IMG/VR virus record: IMGVR_UViG_3300030099_003199
Coordinates: 50,847 to 114,846 of that record
DNA from: a virus
Lineage: Duplodnaviria; Caudoviricetes
Reading direction: 5' to 3' (one strand)
Length of the DNA stretch: 64,000 nucleotides
In this document: positions 56,201 through 64,000 of the stretch, in pieces
Layout: each line of letters starts with the position of its first letter
How positions within the stretch are numbered: the first letter of the stretch is position 1
The notes under the pieces: generated by a model
Databases searched by the model: none
Told to the model about the DNA's origin: nothing
The model's input: only the letters and a program-made list of their open reading frames with translations
Position numbers and translations under genes: made by a program

Positions 56201-57372
56201 TAAGAACTAGAATCTGCATCATATATTACTTTAGAATTAGCTAAAGCATCTTTTCTCATTTCTATAATTTCATCAACATTATCATAACCTTGATTAATTA
56301 ATTTTTGTTTATATAAATCTCCACTTATAGCATTATCATAAAATTCTTTTTGTAATTCTATATCTTCATTTTTAATTGGATTCATTATTGATTTATATTG
56401 CTCTTGAAACTGTGCTAATTGTGCTGGACTTTGAAGTTGAGGCCAATATATATCTCCTTGTTGTAATCTTTTTTTATAATCTCTTCTAGAAATGCCTTCC
56501 ATTCCAGGCATATCTTTAATGTATTTGTACTGTTTTAACAAATCTTTATATGTCATATCTGATGTACGTACAAACTCTTCACTATCTTTATCCCATGCGT
56601 ATCCTGTCATTGTTTTACCATCAGTATAAATCTCTGGTTTTAATTCTCTATACCAACTTGTATTATTTGGATCAGCAGCTAATGTACTAGAAAATGCCCC
56701 TTCATCTGGAATTTCTGAATATGGAATATCTGTTGTAGTAAGATACCTAGCATCACCTAGCGCAGTTTCATATTCTGGATTTAAAATGTAACTACCGTCA
56801 TCTTGTTTGGTATACATTTTTTGATATAATCCATGAAGAAATCTTTTTTTATTTTCTTTTTCTAAAGTTTCTTTATCCCACAATAAAGGATGAATCATAT
56901 CACCGTCATTATTTATATATGGATTATTAGCAAAATTAATTTTTTCATCATCACTTAAAGCATAATAAGCATCTGAATCTTCAAAACCTTGTTCAAACCA
57001 TTGTGGATTATAAACACCTGTTCTAGTTTCTACATTACCATCTTTATCTTTATAATCAAATGTAAACTCTCCTTCTGGTACATTAAAAAATTGTGATGGT
57101 ATATATTTATATTTTTCAGCTAGATTAACTTCTCCTTTATTTTGATATATTGGTAATTCTATACCAACTCTTGCTAATGGAACTTCAAAAACAGAACTAC
57201 CAGGAAATATATAATTAGCACCTGGCATCATAACTCTACTATTACCTAAGTTATCCATGCCAAATACAGGAAAGTCTACACCTTTCATAGTTATATTACC
57301 TGATGGTATTATATTAAAAGGATTATTTCTATCCTTACTATTTCTTTTATATCCGTCTTTGCTATATTTCAT
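53221..57372 (-). CDS. Modular polyprotein: ITMKGVDFPV N-domain + zincin metallopeptidase + pre-toxin-TG-like + ADP-ribosyltransferase
   Basis: 1383 aa; HELGH (55729-55743) with downstream ERKAD; LDAVSMTGIPGV...AYAQGDY; R (54094-54096), SSWS (53947-53958), ERE (53803-53811). Modules separated by xxG[GT]E linkers. Confidence 0.75.
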   Translation of the reverse strand: MKYSKDGYKRNSKDRNNPFNIIPSGNITMKGVDFPVFGMDNLGNSRVMMPGANYIFPGSSVFEVPLARVGIELPIYQNKGEVNLAEKYKYIPSQFFNVPEGEFTFDYKDKDGNVETRTGVYNPQWFEQGFEDSDAYYALSDDEKINFANNPYINNDGDMIHPLLWDKETLEKENKKRFLHGLYQKMYTKQDDGSYILNPEYETALGDARYLTTTDIPYSEIPDEGAFSSTLAADPNNTSWYRELKPEIYTDGKTMTGYAWDKDSEEFVRTSDMTYKDLLKQYKYIKDMPGMEGISRRDYKKRLQQGDIYWPQLQSPAQLAQFQEQYKSIMNPIKNEDIELQKEFYDNAISGDLYKQKLINQGYDNVDEIIEMRKDALANSKVIYDADSSSYRNEAYDDDPNLIKKILDKVTFLNDQYKNSGIDYDYKDVFFANPYYTRIGEERTEADASYDSREARNNAEPNIFTDDQFKAIVQSQYGHLDVPAFRELRNKLIKGETGSRAYTSGSRQGDVVLDPRQIQGLNIDMGFEGTPAELKSQLEATLAHELGHQMGSSKYIKDFNLNENDYNYIQDRMNVSDDANSHDKSVYERKADLEALRYDMYRTIGYDYSKDVLTPEILEQYKQYIKDNPSPNLPTERMFQFFDDQDIIDINNAVAQNYEIGDDISGNLRQAKDGGENDENIIAYSRFLKRFIPSAAVLAKNPLLTFTGSMLYPNTLGKGSTLETPSLEAQYQNYLITNNPEERIKSELEYEVMTGRPFVFDPVPISNIKEHGGEHDGFDWKGYFKGEQGFIPDYGGKSTTQTYLDNKDTVQKGLDAVSMTGIPGVSQFAGYSSAAIDFGDAAMAYAQGDYDTAKKEFAKGTTGAVISTIPGGKTMAGLTKAGLQATGKNLAKGTVKGGVKSTIKNIIDENNDTPIYAENLEQPIDGGMLPEITVTPKTKYGTELPIAQFGTFKTAAQKALNAYNKYMFNKSKDAFGISGRMLMDDLTLPVANSANLMLHRSLDNTYIPNLSGSDLDNYHKLITQYTINSEPFKFSSFPENKEVSFPMEPSFINKDGTPLYTFDNRFATQLNDIINSNKVIFKGDQNKPLTLVREFEGFTDVPVGKDFYFTKDYYGDVDKLNLYIDALKSGKIFNLGDISSWSVGANTGLNRFGSNRFIIEDFPLSQNALVNKYDSPLFSKNQKGIFRERELLLPSTTQFKVKDIQFNVPRKPYHYTKDDAGKITNFSPHYGADIILDVQNNTKNIKFKKKGGQTKYKKSVFNKNKMSLSNPGRLINQMLKQGIFKAEFKMGGEQKLNNGYTVKKEFDNANNIPFISYTNEPDIEGRVYYEADNDAEINVIDIETKLNQIRSKHERTKKIILKRRQGESLSNAEKQHLNSLGLL

Positions 57373-60300
57373 TATCTAAAAGATATATTTAATTTAGTAT
57401 TTTCTAATTTTAATAACATTTTTCTTGTAGTAGCAGCTTCATCAGACTTTCTTAATAATACATGATTAAAGTAATGTCTAAACTTTTTTCTTTGATGTTG
57501 AGGTTTATTATAATCTAAATTAGCTGGATTCAATGTTCTAACATATCCATCCCAATCTGTTTGCCAAATTGTATTTGTAGCAGCACTAAACTCACCTCTA
57601 TCATTTGTTATATCAAAGAATTGATTAAATCTATATTTTTGTTCTACTTTACTAAATAATGTTCTTATACTGTTAGGTCCAACAATAGGATATAACATTG
57701 ATAATTGAACATTATTTTTTGGTTCTAATTCTAATTCTAATAATCCTGATACTTGTTCAGAGTTATAGATAATAGCTTCATCAAAGTTATAATCTAAATC
57801 ATGGAATCTATCTTTACCTTCATTTTGATATAGATATGCTTCCATTTGATATTCAACACTTCTAAGAGTTGTAACTGCTTGACCAGTTTGTTCTATAATA
57901 TCTACTTCCCAAGGATAATTTTTATCATAGTAATTATTAAATAAATCTGTTCTAATGTTATGTTTCCAGAAAAATCCTATTTCATAATTAGCAGGAACAC
58001 AATCAGTGTATACGTAATCACAAAATAATGGATTATCATTTACATAAGTTGGATCACCTACACCTGTTAATTCATTATAGTATAAATATATATCATCACA
58101 TTGACCAGTTGTTGTTAATATTTCATTAGGATTAAAATATGGTGATTCACATTCACAATCCATTTTTCTACATACAGGTGGTGCTTGTGAATTATTACAA
58201 TCACCTACCATTGTATATCCATCAGGACATAAACAACTAATACAATTAGGAGGTGGAGCTGGTTCTGGTTCACAAGGATTTTGTGTAGCAGCAGTATCTA
58301 ATACCGTACCTGTTGGACAATTACAAGTTGTTAGATCATTTACAATATTAGTTGCAACTGAGTCAAAAGCTCCAGGTTGACCTGATGGTATTTGACCACC
58401 AACATGATACATATTACGAGGAGTATTACCTATTTGATTACATGCAGCAACATTATTAGGAGCAGCTAAACCTGTTGCTGTTATCATAGTACTTAAATTA
58501 TTGTTATAACTAGCACAATTTAACTCTACTGCATCATTATTAGCAAATACTGCAATACATTGAGTAGCATTAGTAAAATCATTTGGATTTGGAAATAATT
58601 GTGTAGCATCAACTGTAGCATCAGTTATAAATAATACAATTCTTTTATCTGCAGTACTACCTGTTAATAAAGTATTAGCTTGAGCAACTGCTTGATTATA
58701 ATTTGTACCACCTTGATTACCTGGATAATTAGTTGTACCACCAGCTGCATTTACTGGCAAACCTAAACTTGTTATTGCTGTAGCAGCAACATTTGTCATT
58801 GCTTGTACAGTAGCATTAGTAGTACCCCATCTACCATGACCAATTCTTACTACATTTGCACCAGTAGACATTCCTGGAGTCATACCAGTTATAAATTCTT
58901 GAACAAATGCTAATTGAGATGGCATTATTGCTGGAGTTGTAGATCCTGAATCATCAATTACAATAGCAATATCTATTGTTTCTTCCCAAGATTCTACTGT
59001 AGCATCAACAAGTTCAAACTCAGATAAAAACTCATCTACATTTACTTCAGCTAGTTGTTGATGAGTTAATTGTAAACAACATTCTTGACCATTCCAAGTA
59101 TAACCTGGAGGACATTGTGGTACAGCTGTTGTTTCTGTTTTTGAAGTTAAGAAATGCCTTATACTATTAAACGCTAACTCAGGGTGCCAATCGTGAAATG
59201 ATAACCAAGCTTTTGCTTTTGGATCATAACTTAATGTCCATGATATATCTTTAAAGTAACTTTCATTTTGCACTTCTATTGGAAATGTTTGATCTTCCAT
59301 TGTTACATCTTGGTATCCTTCATATTGACAAAATGAACTTCCAACATTTCCATTATTATCAACAGGACATAAACCAAATAAAACACCAGGTATACCAGAT
59401 GTTGCATCATCTTCACATTCACATGTATATATTATTTTATCTCGTCTACATACAGGACATTCTTCAGTTCCTCCATCAGTGCCATCTGTAAATTGTTGAT
59501 AACCATCTTCACATGTAAAACGTTCTAAAGTGCCTGGTACTATAAAATCAAAAGTTTCTGAATCCCATATTTTAGGTAGTTGTTCCCATGAACTAACATT
59601 TTGAATAGCAGACCAATCATTAACATCAATAACTGCAGCAGCAAGACCAGCAAGACTATTAAAGCCAGGAGTACCAGCATTAGTACCTGTCATTCTAAAT
59701 TTTGTACATCCTTGAGGTAACTCTAATTTATATATCCAAGCTTTAGAATATTGAGATGCATCTAGTACATCACCTGATAACCAAGCAAAGTTTCCACCTG
59801 CAACTGCTTGAGGGTTCCATATACCACCTCCATTAGTAACAGCTCCAAATAAAGTAGCATCAACGGGACTTACAAATGTAGTATAACCTCCACCAGTATC
59901 TATATCAATTGAAAATGCATTATCTCCTGCTGCTAAAAGGTGTACAGTTTTAGTAACAGGTATATTAATTTGAAATTCTACTGTTGCAAATGGACCTGCA
60001 GGTAAAAGATTATTACCACGCATTAATCTATTTACAATACCATCAGTAGCATTTGCTAGTGAATTTCTCCAAAAAGTATTAGTTCCGTTATCTACTATGT
60101 AATGCCATGTACTAGGATCAGCTTGATTAGTAGGCATTCCATCAACTGCTACATTATCAATAACAATTGGCATATCTCTACCAAATCTACTATTACCTAT
60201 AGAACCAAGTCCAGAATCTGTACCTTCACCAATTGCAGCACCATACTCAAAACCTGGTTCTTGATTTACAATTGGAGGTGCAGTATAAAATAATTGACAT

Positions 60301-63300
60301 ACGTCTTCTCCAGTTACAGGATCTTGTATTAATGTATATCCGTCAGGACATGTTGCAATTTGAGGTAAACCTTCACACTTTGTTGCATTATAAATAAAAC
60401 CTTCACAAGGAATATATTGAATACACTCATTACCTTGAAACTGTGGTAATGGTATATAATCTTTTTTACAGAAATATACTATATCATTATTTGGATCATA
60501 AACAGTTTGAACACCCGCACCATTTACAGGATTATCTACTGCTTGAGGACAATCTTCTATTAAAGGGAAGTATTCTAATAATTTAGATGGTAAGAATTTA
60601 TTCATCCACCATTTCATACCTTGATCTGATATTGGTGTTAAACCGCCACCAGGTCTATATTGAAAAATCTTACCTTGTGCTTGAGATACAAAGAAAATAC
60701 CAAACGGAGTATTTAAAACACTTCTTGCACTTTCTGAAGATCCATATTCATGTGATATATCTGAGTTTGTTATATTTGAAAAAGCTTGACTAAATAATCC
60801 TCCGTCACCAATTGTAAGTTTTGTATTAGTTAATTGTAATCTATCTTGTCCTGTAAACATTTTAGGAGACATTGTTGGAAAAAATATTATAGCTCCTGTC
60901 TCATTAATAGGTTTTATAGTTGTAACTTTATCTTTAAAGTCTCTAAAGTTTTCTGTTAAATAAACTCTCCAAAAATCTTGTTTAGCATCATTTTTATTTT
61001 GAAGTGTTGCTTTATCTTTAAAACCAGTAGCCGGAACTGAATATAGTAATCTTTTAGGATATTTAATAAAACAGTTTTCTGCAATTAATGGATCATAATA
61101 ACTTTCTTGAATACGTCCCCAAGATGATCCCCAAAATTTATCTACTGATGTTGATCTATCATAAAAATAATAATTATCAAAGTTTACAATTTTAGTATGA
61201 AATAATTCTACAAGATCTGTATAATTTTCATCATCATAATGTTGTTTTCTTGGCACATCTTCATAATCTCTAAATGCAAGATTCATTGATGACTCAACCC
61301 AAAAATCATTTATACCACAATTGTGAGTATACATAAATCCTGTTTTAATTACAAATAAACCTCCTGTAGCATTACCACCATTTACTTGTGTATTACCTTG
61401 AGCAAAACCTGAATCTTGTGCTGCATCTTCAGCATTATCAACTATTGTATCAATATTACCTGGACCACCTGCTTGAATATCACCTTCTACAAGTCTATTG
61501 GTATCTGCTTGTCTAAAAAATTCACCAGCAGGTAGTCTATGACCATTCCCACATAAAAATGTGCCTTTAACATTATTAAATTCTACATCAGAGTTAAAAG
61601 CAAACCAACGATCATCTAGTGGTATATCATTTGTATTTATAGATTCACCAGGTGGTTGACCTGGTACTAAAACTGTACTATCAGCTTCGTAATAACCAGT
61701 AGGAAAATCTACTTGTCCTATAATAAGTCCTGTAGAAAAATCAAATAAAAGTCTACAATTGTTTACAGTACCATTAGAAGAAAACATACCAGGCATAGGA
61801 ATATCTCCATCTTCCCAATCACAATCTCCAGCTACAAATTCAGGAAAACCTACACAAGCACAAGGTGCTCCACCAGAATCATCTTGAACAGTTGGACTTG
61901 GTCCATTACCAAGCTCTAAAGGTGTAGCATATCCATGTGTACCTATAGTTAAATTAAACATAGGATATACTTCAACTGGGTTTGCAATTGTTACACCAGC
62001 AGCTGGATTTACTGTTACTTCTGTTGAGGTTGATCCTACAATTTTCCATTCAGTACTGCTTCCATCCATATCTACCTGATAAGGTACATCAGCTAAAGCA
62101 CCAGTATTAAAAACTAAAAATCTATTGTTAAATGCTAAATTACCATTTTGTACATTCCATGTATCTTGAAGATCTGTAAAAGCTGCTCCACCAAGAGCAG
62201 TAGCTGGACCAGATGGATTGCCAGCAGGAACAGAAGAATTATTAGCTGTAGATCCATCTTGTAAAGTTGATCCTGCTAATGCGCCTTCACCAAATTGTGT
62301 AAAATTAAAAGGAACACCTGGATCACCACAATATCCTCCATTTTCTGGACAATCCATATTATAATATCCAGAAGGTAAAGCTTCAGAATTACTCCAATTA
62401 AAACTTAAGTTTGTTATAGGTCTTACAAATTGATCCATACGGAATTTTTCCGTGTTCATCCAAAATCTAGGAAAAGGAACATTTGCATATTTAGAATAAT
62501 CAAAAGCTACACCATCTCTTCCTTCTTTTAGAAAAGTAAAGAAAAATGGCATTATTGTTTTTTCTGTATATCTTGTTACATAAGAATCACCTGCATATAT
62601 TGTATCTGTACTAAAAGTATCTATTGGTGTAATTGGAATTAAATTTCCATCTGCATCTATATTTTGTTGATCTCTAAAGTAATAACAATTTTGTGTAGTA
62701 AGTTGAATAATACTATCTAGTTGACCATATTGATTATCCATTAAAGTTTTAAATGCACCGTAGTTTGCAAATGCAGTTGACTCAACTTCTTCTCCTGGAT
62801 TCCACCAACTCATACTACTATTAGGTTGTCCATTTACAATATTACCTGCACATCGTGAACCTATTGTAAATTTTGTATTATCTGTTAATCCATTATTAAT
62901 TGGCCATGATGAAACCCAATTATCTACTGTTTTAAATACAACAGTTGATGGTCTTAAATTATTTTGAATTACATCTACACCATCAAAAGATTGTAATGCA
63001 CTTTTGATATATCTAGCTCTTTCAATTTGATTTCTAAATTGTACACCTTGATAAGCTATTTCTTGATTATAATATCCATGTGATATATACTTCATTGCAT
63101 AATCTTGGAAACCAATAAGATTCATAATTAAATCAATAATCTTATCACCACCTACTGCAACATAATTTAAAAAAGATATTATACCAATAGCTATTGACAT
63201 AATTGAAGGTACTGATGAAAAATCACTACCATTATATACAACTTCTCTTCTTGGTCCTAAATGACCTGCTGCTAATGCTGATGCTGCAAGTTCTACTTGT

Positions 63301-64000
63301 TGATAAATAGGAGTACCTATTGTTCTCGCTAATTTACCTGCACCAAATATAGCAGCTATATCTACAGCAGTATTAAAAGCTAAATCTGCAGCTGCTCCAA
63401 TCCAAAGTGAACCAGATGATACACCAACGTTACCAGCAGCTTGTGCTGTACCAGGACCAATAAATGGTGACATATGTGTACCAGATCCAACAGCATAAGC
63501 ACCAAATTCACCAATAGAATTAGAACGCATGGTATCAACTTTATAATCTCTTCTACCACGCATTTCACTTAAAGCATAACCAACACCTATTAATGCAGCA
63601 ATTGTTGCTGCTCTATTTTTTAATAGTTTTGCTTTAGGATGATCTTCAGATTTTTTAAACCTACCTATTACATTAGCACCAGCAACTTTATAAATTTTAA
63701 CTTCAGTAGGATTTAAATATAATTTAGAAAAATTTAATTCAGGTGAATGAAAAGTATATGCTCTTGCGTCAATTGCTGCTAAACCTCTTCCATCTGCTTG
63801 CAGCATATTACCTCTATGCCAGTTATTTTCTACAAAATCTCCATTACCAGTAAGTTGTGCATACCAAGGTAATTGACTATTTGCATTAGAATTTCTACCA
63901 ACTAAATAAGGATCAGTTCTTAAATCATTAAAAGGATAATTAGGCATTAAACCAGTACCAGTTGCTTGTGAATTTGCATTAGTATTTCCTTGACCTGGAT
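57372..64000 (-). CDS. Tail stabilisation protein (crAss-like, P22 gp10-like) with vWA and Cys-rich insertions; 5' end outside the window
   Basis: The frame stays open past 63947 to the window end. TPFGIFFVSQAQGKIF, ISDQGMKWW, YDPNNDIVYFCKKDY, SWTLSYDPKAKAWLSFHDWHP; vWA DIAIVIDDSGS (58941-58955)...VLFITD; several CPxGY repeats. Confidence 0.8.
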   Translation of the reverse strand, partial: PGQGNTNANSQATGTGLMPNYPFNDLRTDPYLVGRNSNANSQLPWYAQLTGNGDFVENNWHRGNMLQADGRGLAAIDARAYTFHSPELNFSKLYLNPTEVKIYKVAGANVIGRFKKSEDHPKAKLLKNRAATIAALIGVGYALSEMRGRRDYKVDTMRSNSIGEFGAYAVGSGTHMSPFIGPGTAQAAGNVGVSSGSLWIGAAADLAFNTAVDIAAIFGAGKLARTIGTPIYQQVELAASALAAGHLGPRREVVYNGSDFSSVPSIMSIAIGIISFLNYVAVGGDKIIDLIMNLIGFQDYAMKYISHGYYNQEIAYQGVQFRNQIERARYIKSALQSFDGVDVIQNNLRPSTVVFKTVDNWVSSWPINNGLTDNTKFTIGSRCAGNIVNGQPNSSMSWWNPGEEVESTAFANYGAFKTLMDNQYGQLDSIIQLTTQNCYYFRDQQNIDADGNLIPITPIDTFSTDTIYAGDSYVTRYTEKTIMPFFFTFLKEGRDGVAFDYSKYANVPFPRFWMNTEKFRMDQFVRPITNLSFNWSNSEALPSGYYNMDCPENGGYCGDPGVPFNFTQFGEGALAGSTLQDGSTANNSSVPAGNPSGPATALGGAAFTDLQDTWNVQNGNLAFNNRFLVFNTGALADVPYQVDMDGSSTEWKIVGSTSTEVTVNPAAGVTIANPVEVYPMFNLTIGTHGYATPLELGNGPSPTVQDDSGGAPCACVGFPEFVAGDCDWEDGDIPMPGMFSSNGTVNNCRLLFDFSTGLIIGQVDFPTGYYEADSTVLVPGQPPGESINTNDIPLDDRWFAFNSDVEFNNVKGTFLCGNGHRLPAGEFFRQADTNRLVEGDIQAGGPGNIDTIVDNAEDAAQDSGFAQGNTQVNGGNATGGLFVIKTGFMYTHNCGINDFWVESSMNLAFRDYEDVPRKQHYDDENYTDLVELFHTKIVNFDNYYFYDRSTSVDKFWGSSWGRIQESYYDPLIAENCFIKYPKRLLYSVPATGFKDKATLQNKNDAKQDFWRVYLTENFRDFKDKVTTIKPINETGAIIFFPTMSPKMFTGQDRLQLTNTKLTIGDGGLFSQAFSNITNSDISHEYGSSESARSVLNTPFGIFFVSQAQGKIFQYRPGGGLTPISDQGMKWWMNKFLPSKLLEYFPLIEDCPQAVDNPVNGAGVQTVYDPNNDIVYFCKKDYIPLPQFQGNECIQYIPCEGFIYNATKCEGLPQIATCPDGYTLIQDPVTGEDVCQLFYTAPPIVNQEPGFEYGAAIGEGTDSGLGSIGNSRFGRDMPIVIDNVAVDGMPTNQADPSTWHYIVDNGTNTFWRNSLANATDGIVNRLMRGNNLLPAGPFATVEFQINIPVTKTVHLLAAGDNAFSIDIDTGGGYTTFVSPVDATLFGAVTNGGGIWNPQAVAGGNFAWLSGDVLDASQYSKAWIYKLELPQGCTKFRMTGTNAGTPGFNSLAGLAAAVIDVNDWSAIQNVSSWEQLPKIWDSETFDFIVPGTLERFTCEDGYQQFTDGTDGGTEECPVCRRDKIIYTCECEDDATSGIPGVLFGLCPVDNNGNVGSSFCQYEGYQDVTMEDQTFPIEVQNESYFKDISWTLSYDPKAKAWLSFHDWHPELAFNSIRHFLTSKTETTAVPQCPPGYTWNGQECCLQLTHQQLAEVNVDEFLSEFELVDATVESWEETIDIAIVIDDSGSTTPAIMPSQLAFVQEFITGMTPGMSTGANVVRIGHGRWGTTNATVQAMTNVAATAITSLGLPVNAAGGTTNYPGNQGGTNYNQAVAQANTLLTGSTADKRIVLFITDATVDATQLFPNPNDFTNATQCIAVFANNDAVELNCASYNNNLSTMITATGLAAPNNVAACNQIGNTPRNMYHVGGQIPSGQPGAFDSVATNIVNDLTTCNCPTGTVLDTAATQNPCEPEPAPPPNCISCLCPDGYTMVGDCNNSQAPPVCRKMDCECESPYFNPNEILTTTGQCDDIYLYYNELTGVGDPTYVNDNPLFCDYVYTDCVPANYEIGFFWKHNIRTDLFNNYYDKNYPWEVDIIEQTGQAVTTLRSVEYQMEAYLYQNEGKDRFHDLDYNFDEAIIYNSEQVSGLLELELEPKNNVQLSMLYPIVGPNSIRTLFSKVEQKYRFNQFFDITNDRGEFSAATNTIWQTDWDGYVRTLNPANLDYNKPQHQRKKFRHYFNHVLLRKSDEAATTRKMLLKLENTKLNISFR

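Noticed and set aside
1334-63568. Short antisense or alternate-frame ORFs in the track (e.g. 1334-1549, 4200-4481, 10345-10590, 32231-32599, 36545-36937, 40559-41062, 54479-54826)
   Set aside because: They lie within or across longer, motif-supported genes and have the Ser/Phe/Leu/Ile-rich composition expected of shadow ORFs.
1-64000. Stop-codon reassignment (TAG to Gln or TGA to Trp), known in some crAss-like phages
   Set aside because: Very long ORFs are intact in code 11. TAG (4046, 7629, 22217, 53221) and TGA (825, 3007, 9189) terminate genes at sensible ends. No suppressor tRNA was seen.

Overview
AT-rich fragment of a crAss-like (Crassvirales-related) dsDNA phage, read in standard code 11. 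The host is very likely Bacteroidota, probably aquatic Flavobacteriales: there is a T9SS sorting domain, TAnnTTTG boxes, and A-rich starts without Shine-Dalgarno. Layout: (i) 1-9386 (+) replication/nucleotide module with a PD-(D/E)XK nuclease, family B DNA polymerase, DUF932, DUF5664-type dNTP diphosphohydrolase, tRNA-Arg(UCU) and a SplB-like radical SAM enzyme. (ii) 9383-20191 (-) dense cluster of small genes: HNH-like, thermonuclease, a 22-aa CDGSH micro-protein, holin-like proteins, very basic micro-proteins, a LamG-like protein, and an envelope cassette (OM beta-barrel, T9SS-tagged Cys-repeat protein, thioredoxin fold lacking CxxC). (iii) 20358-22217 (+) class II ribonucleotide reductase. 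(iv) 22466-64000 (-) virion block: tail stabilisation protein with vWA/Cys-rich inserts (truncated by the window edge), three modular proteins punctuated by a repeated short [AFY][KQE]xG[GTK]E linker (modules include zincin, pre-toxin-TG-like, ADP-ribosyltransferase and beta-barrel-like), a cargo protein, a 5145-aa virion RNA polymerase polyprotein (DFDID, zincin, NADAR-like insert) and a 1846-aa cargo protein. Best candidates for new biology: the linker-delimited effector polyproteins and the phage-encoded host-envelope/T9SS cassette. All family assignments are from motifs recognised by eye; no searches were run.
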